Assembly: GCF_033153115.1 (NCBI RefSeq)
Contig: NW_026889803.1
Span: 39,928,001-39,992,000 of the forward strand
Source of the DNA: Saccostrea echinata
Taxonomy: Eukaryota
Length of the DNA stretch: 64,000 bases
Direction of reading: 5' to 3'
Shown: in pieces, positions 14,573 through 27,868 of the stretch
How positions within the stretch are numbered: the first letter of the stretch is position 1
Layout of the letters: every line of letters begins with the position of its first letter
Position numbers and translations under genes: made by a program
Notes under the pieces: model-generated
Database searches by the model: none
The model's input: the letters and a program-made list of their open reading frames with translations, nothing else
What the model was told of the DNA's origin: nothing

Positions 14573-15077
14573 CAGTAAAACTGTATTAAGATATAGCGAA
14601 GATATAGCGAAGGCTTGGGGACTTGTGAAATTACTTCACTATATCCATAATTCGTTATATCCGTAAAACGAATTTGTTACAGTATATAAAGCAAATTCAC
14701 TATATAGATTTTTCCTTCAAGAATGATTACCAAATGTATTTTTGGATATATCAAATACAAAAGTTCCCTTGGAGTTCCAAAATTTTTGGATGAATTGAAT
14801 TTCAAATTTCAATTACATGTACTTACAAAATAGTATCAATTCAATATTTTAAAAATTGAGATCTCTGAAACTTCGCTATAAAAGATGTAAATTTCGTTAT
14901 TTTTAACCTCTAGTGGACACAAAATCAGTTCATATATCTGTAAATTCGCTATATCCGAGTTCGTTTTATCCATAGAAATTTACAAGGAATTGTTAAGAAT
15001 TTTGGCGGGGATTCCAAAAAATTTCGCTACATCCATTAATTCGCTATATCTGTGTTCGTACTAAATGCGTTTTACTG
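14573..15077. mobile_element. Tc1/mariner (pogo/Tigger-like) non-autonomous element downstream of the Borealin stop codon
   Basis: TA|CAGTAAAAC ... GTTTTACTG|TA termini, with repeated sub-terminal ttcgctatatc/gatatagcgaa motifs. Confidence 0.7.
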
Positions 15078-15370
15078 TATTTGCTATTTTGGTTTAAAAC
15101 TCATTAAAAAAAATGTAGATTGCATTCTAGTCCTATGTCTTATTTCCAGCATTTATCTTCTAATATTTCCAAAGCTTGGAAGTGAAAAATCAGACAACAA
15201 AATAAAAATCAACAATGGCACCCTCCTAAAAGGCATTTTTAAAAAACTGTATAAAAATGCAAGCTCACGGAATATATAATTATTAAAACATTAATAGACA
15301 ATTTACACAGTCACAAAAGAAGAGCAGCTATATGTCTCTGCTGACCGACTTAATCACTATCTGCAGAAAT

Positions 15371-18300
15371 TCACTGGCCCCCTTTCCCCTCTTTCAATGC
15401 TTGTGATAAAACATTTATAATTGCTGTTAATTTTTTCTCATGTGGCAGTGAATCAATTTCTTCTTTATCTGTAACCTCTGGCATTTGAATGTCTAACGTA
15501 ACAGTCTGGAAAAAAAAAATTAATTACTTTCAAATAATGACAAATAACAAAATTTGATTATCATCCTTGACTGAGTCAATAAAATTAATGAATATGTTTA
15601 ATTTATGGAAAAGTAACAGGTTTCAAGAGTAATTTCTTAAGAAATAATAACCTATTAAAAGGTAAAAGAATAAGACCAGAAACACTTACATTTCGTTTTT
15701 GTTTGACACTGAAGTTATATGCATTGGTATGGCTATTGCTTTGAACTGGACTTCCATCTAAGGACATGAGAATCTCTCCCGGCTTGGCCCTCCTAGTTTC
15801 TGCTGGGGTCAGTGGAACCCTTCAAACAAGGAAAGATTAGACATTATTTATAAATAAACTCTCTAAACTCATTGACAATTACAGAAAAAAATCAAAGAAC
15901 TCGGAAGTACAGAGAGCCGAGCTCATTTAAAGAGCAGTGACCAGTACCGTTTTACATGAAACATACATGAAATAACTGTTATATAGGAAGTTCAGAAATA
16001 TTATTTGGAATATATTATTAAATGCACTTAAATGTTTTTAAAACAGAGGAAAAGCAGGTTTATAATCATCTCTGTATAACACTGTATAACCTCAGTGTCA
16101 GAATATCGCAAAACATTACCGACATTTGATTTATTTTGATCAATATTTTTTTAGTTACAATTCCCAATATTTTTGTCACCTATGATTATTACTCAAAATG
16201 ATTGATTGATTGCATATTGTTTTACGTCCCGTTCGAGAATTTTTCACTCATACAGAGACGTCACCATAAACCAGTGAAGAGCTTCAAATTTTGACCTTTA
16301 CATGGCACTCAGGGCCATTAAGCAGTGAGGGTTCTTTATCATGCCAACACCTACTGTGACACGGGACCTTGGTTTTTAAGGTCTACCGTATATACTCGCC
16401 TATAAGTCGGTCCGCCTATAAGTCGGATGTACTTTTTGAGGTTATTTTAGAGGGATTTGCCATTGACCCGCTTATAAGTCGGTACAACTTTTTGTTAGAA
16501 TCAGTTGACAATTTCAAACCAATGGTCTGATGTTTTAACCTGGTTTCAGTGAATATTCTTAGAAATGACACCGATATTTAATTTTAAATCATTAAGAAAA
16601 ATACATAATGCACACTTTAAATAAAAATAAAGTTATTAAAATATGTAAATACTTGAACTTTGTGTATAATCTCAGAATGCCTAAATGATATGATATATCC
16701 ATACTACATTTCGACGTCCAGATATTACTAATCTTTTTATGACTTGCCTATAAGTCGGACCTAGAGTTTTGGACCAAAATTTAACTCCCAAAAAACCGAC
16801 TTATAGGCGAGTATATACGGTAATCTGAAGGACCCGCAACTTTCACTTCAAAATGAAAAGAACAGTTGCTACCTATTTTTTATCGACTTAGGTCAGTTGC
16901 GGTCAAGATTAGAACACACTACCTTCCGATCACGGAGCGAGCGCTCTACCCATTGAGCTACCATGACGACCTGCTCAAAATGAGGTTCAAGAATTGATTT
17001 GTCATTTTCCTGGAGTTGTCTTTCTTCGACTTGTGTTTTGAGAAGTTTTTATTTTCAGGGTTTTACACCAAGGCAAGTCCGACCGACTGTGATTTCAAAA
17101 TTACCTCATTAAAATTAGTGATTATAAGGAATAAATTTGCAGGTATGGTCAGGGCTAGTGATTGTATGGTCAGGGCTAGTAAAAATTATGGGATGTAGCC
17201 CGACTGGTCTAGTACTCGTAAAAGTTAATGTCAAACCGTGACTTTCAATCAGTTGACATGTCAAAGAATTGTACCTGTTCATGAGTAGTATTTCAATGAA
17301 TTGTCCAGTACTGATTTAGACATATGCTTTGAAAGTTAGCAATTTTTTCTGAGAGGAGAAAGTAATTTTTTAAAGAACTGAACTATACCTTTTAATTTCA
17401 TAACATTGACAAAACTATACAGACCATATAAACATGTATATTTACAAGTTTCTTACCTTGGATCAAATTTTGGTGTAACAAGTGGTGTGTTTGACCATCC
17501 TGCATCAGCCAATGTACGATTAACTGGGGTCATATATTTTTTCTGTGCTGATCCCAAAAAGCGACTGAAAGAGGAAAATGAAATCCTAACTGAGAATCTG
17601 CTACACTGCATAACACTGGTTACAAACTACACAAATAAATACATGTAGCTTCTTTCGTGTGAAGGTAAAATGAGCTAGACACCATTGAGATGGAGACCAT
17701 TTCAAAGGGCCCTGCTTTAAGCAAAGGACATTAGGACAGAAGAGAGATCTAAAGGACTGTACTTGGAGAGGACCATTTTGTACTCAGGAAATTTTTGTCT
17801 CAGTGTTGAGGAGAAATTTGACTCAAGCTCACCTCACACCCTCTACCCACAGGCACTCTATACATGAACTGTGAGCCAGGAGGTACCAAGGGGAGAGAAA
17901 ATATGTTCCAGACAAAGATTTTACACAAAGAGGCTTGTCTACCTTGAACACTGATATAAAAAAAATGGTTCATGGTCACTGCATATGCAACTGCACTTTA
18001 TGGGTGAAGGTTGAACAAGACTGGGTCAAAGGGAGAGATAATATACTCTGGATGAAGATTTAACACACACAGGTTTCTCAATCTTGACCTTTGATCTTGG
18101 AAATTGGTACAAGGTTACTACACACCCTCTATCCCAGGGATTCTTTGGGTGAAAATTGAGCCAGACTGGGTTAAGGAGAGAGGAAATATTCTCCGGACAA
18201 GAATGTTACATAGAAAGGTTTCTCAATCTTAATCTTTGATCTTCAAAATGGTTCAAGGTCACTGCACAACATCTACCCCAGTGAACTGTATTGGTGAAGT

Positions 18301-19395
18301 TTGAACCAGATCTGGCCAAGGGTAGAAAAAATATCCCTTGGACAAATGAAATTGGATAGTAGACAGATGGACAGACTGATCACCCACACAATAGGGCCCT
18401 AATGAATGCTTATGTTAATTAGCAATTGTACAGTTCATAGAAATTTTGATGAGGAAAATCATCTAAGCTGTTTAAGTACACAAACTAACAATTCCATAAT
18501 TATAATCTCAATACCATCCCATTAAGTAAAATACCTTTTAAATGGAACTCCTGGAGATGGTGGTGGCATAAACTTTTTGACAGAGGCAAATCTCTTGTGC
18601 CCGGGATCTGGCATAGGTCTCTACAGGAAACAAAAGATAATAGGGATATCAACACTGTCTTTCTGACAAACACGTACCATACTGTTTATATAATATACAG
18701 TACTGTAAACCAACTATTATTCCCATGTGAGAAATATCTGTGATGATCGCAACCTTCATTTACTCATGAATATTTCTTGTTGCAAACCATTCATTTAACT
18801 GTGTGTTTATAGAGAATGTTTCGTCTGTTGCAAAAATTAATAGTCAGATGGATTTCCAACTGAAAAATCACAAACTAGAAATATGTCCATAGGACATGAA
18901 TGCCCCGCCGAGGGTATATTAGTAATGCAACATTTTAACACAAATTGAGAAAAGTGAGGTCAAGGTCAAATGAAAGGTCAAGGTCAAAAAATGTTGATGC
19001 AGTTGCATAGCTCTCATCAATATCTATCAGCATATGAAGTTTGATAAAAATATCTTGGATAGTTTCTTTGAAACTGAGCTTTGAACAGAGCTAAACGCAA
19101 AGTGTGACGGAAGGACAGAAGGACGAAAGGACAGAAGGACGGAAGGAGGGAAGACGGACATGACAAACACTATATGCCCCAGCCATATTCATGGCGGGGC
19201 ATAATAAAATCATCACAAATAGTAGTTGGTTTACAGTAAAACATAGCTTTGAAACATGGGTGTAATGATATACCAGTATGCAACAATACAAGAAACAATT
19301 GTATCCTATAACTGTATGAAAAATTTATACCTATATATCCAGATATATAATATTTTCAGCATTTCATTTTCATTTCTGAAGGATTCTTATGAAAT

Positions 19396-19429
<34 letters not shown>

Positions 19430-22400
19430 TACATTCGCTAGGCAAAAGCACAAATCAGTTCAGTATTGAAAAGGGGGGGGGGGGGGGGGGCTTGAATTTT
19501 AAACTACCTGATGATGCTTCCATGTCAATATAACAAATGGCTTTGTTGTACTTGAGAAGATTTTTTTTTCAAAAATCCTATATTCCTTTGTAAAAATTTG
19601 ATCCCCACATTGTGGCTCCTTCCTATCCCAGGGGTCATCATTTGAACAAACTTGAATCTACACTACCTGAGTATGCTTCCATATCAAAATGACTAAAACA
19701 TGATTTTCAGTTCTTGAGAAGAAGATATTTTCTATATGTTCTTATGTAAAATTTTCGATCCCCCATTGTGACCTGACCTTATCCCTGGGGGTCATCATTT
19801 TAACAAACTTGAATATCTACTCTACCTGAGGATGCTTCCAAATCAAAATGACTAACCATGGCTTTGCAGTTCATCTTCAGAAGATATTTTCCTATATATT
19901 TCTATTTGAGACTTTGATCCTCCATTGTGGCCCCATCCAACCCCCGGGGGTCAGGATTTGAACAAAATAGAATCTATACTACCTGAGGATGCTTCCACAT
20001 AAATATGATCAATCAGGGCTTTGCTGTTCCTGAGAAGAAGATTTTTAAAATTTTTCCTATATATTTCTATGTAAAAGTTTGATCACCCATTGTGGCCCCA
20101 CCCTACCCTCGGGGGTCATGATTTAAATAAATTAGAATCTACACTACCTGAGGATGTTTCCATATAAATATGACTCATCATGGCTTTGCTGTTCTTGAGA
20201 AGATTTTTCCTATATATTTCTATGTAAAACTTTGATCCTCCATTGTGGCCCACCCTACCCCCGGGGGTCATGATTTGAATAAATTAGAATCTACAGTACC
20301 TGAGGATGCTTCCACATGAGTTTCATCTTTCCTGGCCCTGTGGTTATTGAGAAGAAGATTTTTAAAAGATGCTATTAATTTTTTACTAATTCTTTATTAT
20401 CTCCCCTTGAAAGGGGGCATGGCCCTTCATTTGAACAAACATGAATCCCCTTCACCCAAGGATACTTTGTGGCAAGTTTGGTTGAAATTGGCACAGTGGT
20501 TCTTGAGAGGAAGTCGAAAATGTTAAAAGTTTACAGACAGACGGACAGACAGACGGATAGACCAACGGACGCCGGACAAAAAGTGATCAGAAAAGCTCAC
20601 TTGAGCCTTCGGTTCAGGTGAGCTAAAAAGTTGAAGCTTTATATCTCTAGTAATGTTCTGTACATATTTACATTAGGATGCTTTTCGTAATGAAGTGTTC
20701 GATTAGACACTGTATCACTTGAGCACAACGCATTATTTCCTTTTAAGTTAAACCTAACTGAGGTTATTTCTTTATGAACAGTCAGATTCATTATTGCTTG
20801 TAACTATTTTGTTTCAGAGTTTATTAATTAAATGTTCATACCGTACTTGAAGAAATGATCTATTATATATTCTTACACATTGGTTAGGCCAAACAAAAAA
20901 ATATGTGTGGTTCCGGTTACACTTCCAAAAAAATAAGGTAGGTAGGGAATTTTTTTTTTTTTTTTTTACAAAATGATTTTCTTAATTTTTCTAAATAAGA
21001 GCCTACCTATCACTGCTTTGCAAATGGCATTTAGATGTGATGTGATAATATACTAGTCAATATTGGTAGGGGACACCTACATGCTAGCTCGCTTTGGACT
21101 TAATACTATTAAACACTTGCACTATGTTTTGCAAGGAGGCCGTCATTGCTGAAACTAAAACTTAAACCAGAGCCATTGATGGAAATCGGGGAAAATTCTG
21201 GAAAAAATATGAAAATTGCCCAAAAAAAGTTTAGGGTCGGGAGGTATAAAATAGGGAAGGTCGGGTAACTGGAACCACACATATTTTTTTATTTGGCCTT
21301 AGACAGTTTCCCTTTAATAAGAAAGGGGCACAATTCATTTTAATCTACAAATATGTTCACTGGGCAAGAATGTCCTGCCCAAGGTACATTCTATTGCAAC
21401 ATGAAATGTACCTTGCCTCTTTGGTCTCAGCTAAAATTAAGTTAAATATGATAAAAAAAAATGAGTGATTTTCATGAGGTTTTCAGTTACAGAACTGATG
21501 TTTTCAGTAAGTTGTTGTCCTTAGCATAATATGTGTTGACTCATTGTTTCAAGTCATTCTCTCATACACATGTACTTAGCAAATTTATAAATGATCTCTA
21601 AGTCGAATGGTTATAATGCTCTTACTTAAGAGATTTATTTTTGAATGTAGTTTAATGAAGTAATTTTAAGGGTGTTATATATATGAGAAAAACTAGGGAC
21701 TGAATACACACTTCAAAAGATCAAGAACTTTGAGAGATCAAAGTTTTTATTTTGTCAAATCTTTCTCACAAGTAACTGGTGTAAATTTACGTAAACCTCT
21801 AGGTTTACAGAACAGAGAGTCAACTGCATGCAACAATGTAGTGTATTACTTAATGTATAGTATTTATAAAAACCATGATTTTAAAAAAAATAATGGTACA
21901 ATTATCTGATGACTAAGAAATGGCATGGCAAATAAAGTTTTATGGAGCAGTAAAATCATTAAAATGAAAATTTTATTTGCTCAATTGTATTTATTTTAGA
22001 CAACATTTCCTCTGTTTGTTCTTGTGTCCATGCAAGATCTAGAGAATATTACACGTATACAGAATCCTCTTCTAAAACTGACCTTGTCTATTTTGTTACC
22101 ATTTTCTTCTAAAACTGACCTTGTCTATTTTGTTACCATTTTCTTCTAAAACTGACCTTGTCTATTTTGTTACCATTTTCTGTGAATACATCGTCCTCCA
22201 TTATCGTGTCTTGAATGTTCAAATTTGTTGCTTTGGCCCGGGAACTACAAAATATTAACAACTCAAACATAAGTACAGGGGGATCCAAAATATCTGATAC
22301 TATTTCAATCCTCAATAAAATTGTTGTCAATCATAATACATATTTCATTTATAGTATGTACATTATTTTAAACTGTTATGCCTATAATTTTATTAGTTAA

Positions 22401-25400
22401 TGTAATTACTGGACAATGTCCAGTAGTTATGATGTTATGACACCATAAAATTGTCATTTTTTATTGAACATGGCTACATTTACATTTTACTTTTAAAAGT
22501 CAAAGTATATCCGCAAAAGCCAAAAATCCTTTGAGAATCTCAAGTTGGCAATACATAGGAAACTTTGGAAGGTCAGGTACTCTTGACATGTGATCCAGAT
22601 ATGCAGAGACACAGGTCACAGACTTTAAGAAAATCTTATCTCATGCTTGCTCAATATGTCAAACAGAGCATATGCTGTAAATAACTGCATTATTTCATAA
22701 GATAGGATTTTATAGGTACAAAATGTCCCATATTCTCAATATCTGTCCAAATCTCTAGTACAAAAGAAAAGAATATTGCTCTGATGAGACTGCACCTCTA
22801 CCAATTTGAAGTCTGAACATTTACACTATCGTCTTAAAAAAATGTTGCATATTTATTTTCTTAACTTTTGCATTAGACTTATCCACTTCTATGTTTTAAA
22901 TTTAAATCAAATTTTATTCATGCAAAAACTGTTTGTGGAGTAGCATTATAAAGATTTTTGAAACCATGAAAAACCCATGTTCATTTTAACCCCTATTTCG
23001 ACATCAATTCAAATTTATACAAAGTCCGCATAACAAGAAAAAATACCTATCTCTCTCATAATAACTGTATATGCATAATATGGAGATACAAAAAGATGAT
23101 TTTCTCTTTCATGTCTGAATTTGCTGGTTACTTCGAATGGTTATCTCACAGTCCTTCATTTATGACATAGCATACAACAAACCTTCAGAATGTCATATAC
23201 GAGGGTCATTAAAAAAATACATGTATATAGACTTTTGTCATTACTTTTTTTAATTTAATGTCATATTACAATCAAATTTGGTAGAGATATTTTAACAATA
23301 AATCCACATAATTTGAATAAAAAATTCAAATATATCATGAGATTCATCAAAATTATCTTAAATTTAAGACTGTGAAAACAGGGTCATGGAGCACAGTCAA
23401 AATTGAATAATTTAATAACAATACACTTAATGATGTCTATAGTCATACCTCTAATAAATGGCACTTTAAAAGTGCTTAGACACAGATTTGAAGTTAATAC
23501 TTTCTCAGATTTTCTGTATAATATCACGACTTATATATTGCAATAGCATTTCACACGAAAATATAATTAAAAACTTATTTTATCTGGAAATTATTGGAAC
23601 TACGAATTCCTGGATGCGTTTGATTTACACATCCTTGCACTTTCACAAATTTTATCTTTATCCCTAACATTTAAGAAAAGAAGCAATTTTGTTGTGTATT
23701 AATGAAAAACATTACATCTATAATCCAGAAAAATCAGAGTAGAAATGTGCGAAAGCAAACCCCCTCACTAATATCGTCAGCGCATGGTCAGTGTTGTGTA
23801 CAGAGTTTAACAAATTGAATACACCCGTGAAACGTAAACTGATTTTATAAACAGGGCACGAGCTCGTTATTGTGATTGTTAATTTTTACGATTCACCAAG
23901 TGTGTTCAATTGTTAAACTCTGCACACACCACTGAGCACGGACTGACAATACTGTGAGTGGGTTTTGCTTTCGAACATTTCTACTCTGAATTTTCTGGAT
24001 TATAGTTTTAATATTTTTCATTAATACACAACAAAATTGCCACTTTTCTTAAGTATTAAGAATAAAATTAAAATTTGTGAAAGTGCAAGGATGTGTCAAT
24101 CAAACGCGTTCAGAAATTTGAAGTTTAAATAACTACGAGATGAAATAAGATTTTTATTGTATTTTAGTATGAAATGCTATAGCAACATATAAGTCATGAA
24201 ATTTTACAGAAAATTTGAGAAAATATTAACTTCAAATCTGTGTCCAAGCACCTTTAACAAAATAAAGTTTAAATGTACAAATTTAGTATTGTTAAACCAC
24301 TTCAAATGCAAAAATGTAATGTAATATATAGCTTTGTTAAAAAGAAATCAATTTTAGAAGACAGGTAGAGCTCATTAAAATAAGCAAAAAAAAAAAAAGA
24401 TGACATCGAAGGATGTCAAGGAACAGCGAGTAGCAATGGAAACCTCTGAAACAAACTCTGAAAATGCTGGAGAAAAAAGGAAATACTGTATTCAGGGAAA
24501 TTTCACCAGTTCTATTTTCGCCCTTTTCGCCCTAGACACAAGTGGGTGAATTTTCAAAGAAAACAGTATAATTTCTTAAACAAAACTGTGACTGGGCGAA
24601 TTTCAAACTGGGCAAAATTGTTTGCAAGTGTGAAAGGGCAAAAATAACATGGGGCGAAAATAACCCTTTATTCAGTTTATCAAAAATGAGCTGTCTATTT
24701 GTATATAAATGGCAAAGATAGTTTTTGAGTGTTGAATACTTTAAATCGGATGATGAACATGTCGTCTGTAAGGGAACAAACTAACTTACTTGAACAACTA
24801 TTAGCAAATTAAATGAGTGGGTAAGGTGCTACAGATCATGAGAGAAATGAAAAAGAAGAGTGATTTTGAGAAACTTTCATGACATTGTTTTTGATGATAC
24901 AATGTTGTTAAGCATGCACTGTGGTGAAAAAACATGTCTATTTTAAAATTAAGTAACATAAGTTCCATTTAATCAAATGAAATGAAACTTAACACACCAA
25001 CAAAATACATTGAAACATGCTTATATTGAAGTGGCAGGGATGAACATTTTTGATTTACTATAAACGTAATTCAGTATATCAGTCAAGTTTACTATATATT
25101 TTAGAACCATGGGAAATGAAAATCACTTAAAGCGTGAATTCATTATAAGTGTGTTTGCTATAGCCATGTTTTACTGTAAATGTTTTTACATTTGAAAATG
25201 CACTATCTTATATCTAGTAAAAATAATACGATGAAGATCAACATTGTCTATTTTTTGAATGACCCTTGTATGTACTAAACATAGTTTGTATTGCATATTT
25301 TCATTCACATATCACCAATTGAAAACCAGTCTAATAGTCATGTGTAAAATATGAGTGTAAAATACATAATCCCAACTTTCGGAATCTTATTTTCTGTCTG

Positions 25401-26570
25401 GGACTTTGCAAGTCCTGTCCTAAATGGCAAATATTATCCCCTTGATTGGGCTTATCTATCCTACACTAATACAAATAAATCCATCATCTTCCAAGTCTTA
25501 CAAATGTCTTCTCAGGCTTGCTGGAAGATCTGGAAACAGCTCCTCTTCCTCCTTCTCTCCCTCTGCATCATCCCCCTCCACATTTTCTTTCTCTGATTCT
25601 GGTTTGCAATCTGCTAGTCCTGTAAAGTCAAACCAAAAAATGAACATTCTATGATCAGAATATACCTATAGAGACCAAGCTTTGTGACCATCATCTTTAT
25701 ACATTACATTAGAAAATTGGCAAAAATAAATACAAAAAACATGAACAGATAAAATAAAAATACCTGCATATTCTTCTAAGGTCATTTCAAGATTCTAAAA
25801 TTGAAATGTCATTTTTGATTTCCTTAGTACAAAAAGTTTCATATTTACAATACGAAAGATGCTAAATGTACACATGCATACTCCTTTACAATAAAGCAAT
25901 CTCTATCACATCTACTTCTTACAAATGTAAATCTAATTAAGTAATTAAGTAAAACTGGACTCATATACTTACTGTTTTTCCAAGCTTTTGTTTTTCATAT
26001 TCATGAAAGATTCGGAACTGTTTGAACAAACTAGACCTTGTCTGCTCAAAAGACTGTAATTTTTTCTCAACTGCAACAAGAACAAGAAAATAGGTTTCAT
26101 TTCAAGTAAATGGAGTACTGCTTCATAATACATGTATACATGATATATATAATCGTGCTAATGATGATGAATTTTAACTGTCAAATGTACATTAAACTAA
26201 AAATATTCAGACATAAAAAAAACTCCATCTTTTACATCTACCTAGAAAAGACATTCAATTCTTACAACTGTGACATATAAGAAAGCATAATTTTTGAAGG
26301 GAGTTCTCTTTTAAAATTATTATAAACTTGTAACGTGTGTGTGTATTATTGTAAGAATGAATAATTAAAATCATTATATAAAGCTTCATATTATTTTAAG
26401 TCACTATTATTATACAGTTGTATCTTTTGCTCACCCATGGTATCAAAATCTTTGAGGTACATCTCTAATTTTTCACGTTTTTCTCTGTTGGTGATTTCCC
26501 CTTCATCAGCATCTGAAACCCTTGATGTTTTCCTGGTTTTTGCAGCCCGTGTCACTTTTCTTCTTGGCAT
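15371..26570 (-). CDS. CDCA8: Borealin (chromosomal passenger complex subunit), 309 aa; coding exons 26435-26570, 25973-26070, 25764-25794, 25502-25619, 22157-22244, 18535-18620, 17457-17564, 15690-15819, 15371-15505
   Basis: N-terminus MPRRKVTRAAK...REKLEMYLKDFDTMVEKKLQSFEQ...LEMTLEEY matches the Borealin N-terminal helix (KLxxFLKDFD...EM). The C-terminal half has TPLVTPKFDPRVPLTP...RRAKPGEILMSLDGSPV, matching the conserved TPRFD...GE...S.NGSP signature. Nine exons join in frame with GT-AG boundaries (930 nt including stop). Not present in the ORF track as a single ORF. Confidence 0.9.
16202..16971 (-). mobile_element. tRNA-derived SINE, interrupted by a Tc2/pogo-like MITE
   Basis: Minus-strand head ggtcgtcatggtagctcaatgggtagagcg...gtgttctaatc (A box and degenerate B box), an (ATCA)n tail, and a flanking direct repeat t(a/g)ctcaaaatga at ~16190-16201 and ~16972-16983. 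Confidence 0.75.
16386..16820. mobile_element. Tc2/pogo-like MITE with perfect TIRs
   Basis: TA|CCGTATATACTCGCCTATAAGTCGG ... CCGACTTATAGGCGAGTATATACGG|TA: perfect 25-bp TIRs, TA TSD, and internal repeats of tataagtcgg. Confidence 0.85.
17820..18402. repeat. Degenerate ~175-bp tandem repeat of a HINE-like element
   Basis: Three diverged units (ggtcactgcaca...ggtgaa...gccagactgggtcaagggagag) ending in a gacagatggacagac tract. Confidence 0.55.
18703..19236. mobile_element. TA-flanked DNA transposon MITE with a nested Helitron-like element (~18873-19207)
   Basis: Outer termini TA|CTGTAAACCAACTATTATT ... AATAGTAGTTGGTTTACAG|TA. The inner element starts aactagaaatatgtcc, has a (GGAC/GAAG) tract, and ends in the hairpin gccccagccat...atggcggggc followed by ataataaaa. 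Confidence 0.65.
19395..20629. mobile_element. Full-length non-autonomous Helitron/Helentron (HINE) carrying ~5-6 Cg170-like satellite monomers
   Basis: Terminus acaagaggcccatgggccacatcgctcacctgag; tandem ~150-165-bp units (tgtggccccaccctacccc...gaatctacactacctgaggatgcttcca); (GACA/GACG)n tract; terminal ctcacttgagcc-ttc-ggttcaggtgagctaaaaa hairpin. Confidence 0.85.
20887..21298. mobile_element. PIF/Harbinger-like MITE
   Basis: TTA|GGCCAAACAAAAAAATATGTGTGGTTCCGGTTAC ... GTAACTGGAACCACACATATTTTTTTATTTGGCC|TTA: ~34-bp TIRs with a 3-bp TTA TSD. Confidence 0.75.
22068..22181. repeat. 37-bp perfect tandem triplication spanning a Borealin exon end and splice donor
   Basis: Unit tcttctaaaactgaccttgtctattttgttaccattt starts at 22068, 22105 and 22142. 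Confidence 0.95.
23466..24257. mobile_element. ~790-bp foldback element with TTAA ends (Kolobok- or Crypton-like non-autonomous), copy 1
   Basis: ~370-bp imperfect inverted arms (gtgcttagacacagatttgaag... / ...cttcaaatctgtgtccaagcacct), bounded by TTAA. A highly similar copy is at 59391-60178. Confidence 0.8.
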
Positions 26571-27745
26571 TTCTATATTTAATAAAATACAACATCAAAT
26601 AATTTTACATGTTAAAATACAATATGTTAAGCACAGTAATTACTTTTCCAGTTTGCAATCTTCACTTTTTTGGGTTTACAGCACACAGAGGCCAGTAAAA
26701 TGCCCCATTCCTAATGGTAGAAAGGTGTTTTTCCCCCTTAAGTTTATATCTAAGAAAATTACAAAAGAAAGAGCATTAATTTTACAGGTATAAGAAACTT
26801 AAAATAAAAATGATTCTTGTCTTTTTTTGTAATATCCAAGAACTTTTCAATGTTGTACAGTATATGATGTAAACAGGTGAAAACAATAATATCAAAAGTA
26901 AACAATTGGCACAAATGCAGTAGGGAATCATCAACAATCAAAGAAAGGCATATGACGGAAATTTCAAAAATAAATAATAGAATTTACAAATTTAATCATA
27001 TGAGCTGATTTTAATGAAGTGAATTTAATGTACAATCTCAATACGATTCATCATTGCAGAAACCAAAATAAATTCACACACCATTCAATAACAAACTTAC
27101 AAAGCCAGAAATTTTAAGAGTCAAGAAAAGTGCCTTTAATCATTGATTTTGAATGACCTGAGCAGATTTACAGATTTTCAAAGTCTTGTATGTATCAATG
27201 ATTCATTATCTTGTTTTTGAGAACGATGAATAATACAGTTGGTCTGTATTTTTTTAACTCGAACCTATCAACAATTCTCCCCCCCCCCCCCCACTTACTG
27301 TAAGAGAGAAAGAACTGTTCTCGGCATTTTCAATAAGCAAGATAATAAGAACTACAGTATCTAGAGTGATAATTAGAGGGATCAAGATTTCATCAACTGT
27401 CAGAAAGAAAAAAAAATTTCAAAAAATATTTAAAAAACAGAAATACCGGAACATAAGTAATGAAGACTTACATTGGATGTCCAATTTATACTTTATCATG
27501 TGTATACTCTGATTGTTTTTAACAGCTTTTTTTTTTTAAATATAACATTTAGCCTACAGTACATCCTAAACTAAACGTCTAAAAATCAAAACATCTATAG
27601 GCTTAAATACAGGAACTCTGTCTTTGGTACATTTAGACATCAATCATTTAACATACACAAAAGGACAATTCAACACTTGTACTTTTCTCATATTCATGAT
27701 TAACAAGAGTTAATTTTAAAGATATTTATGTAATCTATCACTTAC

Positions 27746-27790
27746 TCGAGTCTTCCTTTTTACCGCTTTCATTTAAATTATTCTACGTAG
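27746..27790 (-). other. Probable non-coding first exon (5' UTR) of Borealin
   Basis: The Borealin ATG lies 2 nt after an AG acceptor (exon starts 26572). A consensus donor GA|GTAAGT occurs on the minus strand at 27745, next to promoter-like motifs. The upstream boundary is approximate. Confidence 0.5.
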
Positions 27791-27868
27791 AACCAGGAAT
27801 GTACTAAGTCACGGAAAAGTTCATAACATAAAACTTAGTAATGACTAGAATGAATAAAATCACGTGAC
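27771..27868 (-). promoter_or_regulatory. Putative Borealin promoter with CHR-like TTTAAA and USF-type E-box GTCACGTGA
   Basis: TTTAAA at 27772-27777 near the inferred first exon, and TCACGTGAC at 27860-27868. CHR elements are typical of G2/M genes, but TTTAAA is common in AT-rich DNA. Confidence 0.3.

Noticed and set aside
16895-16971. tRNA gene
   Set aside because: The B box and stems are degenerate and it continues into a SINE body, tail and TSD, so it is a SINE head.
24380-24485. Strong acceptor-like site in Borealin intron 4 (possible extra exon)
   Set aside because: No convincing downstream donor, and the flanking exons already join in frame without it.
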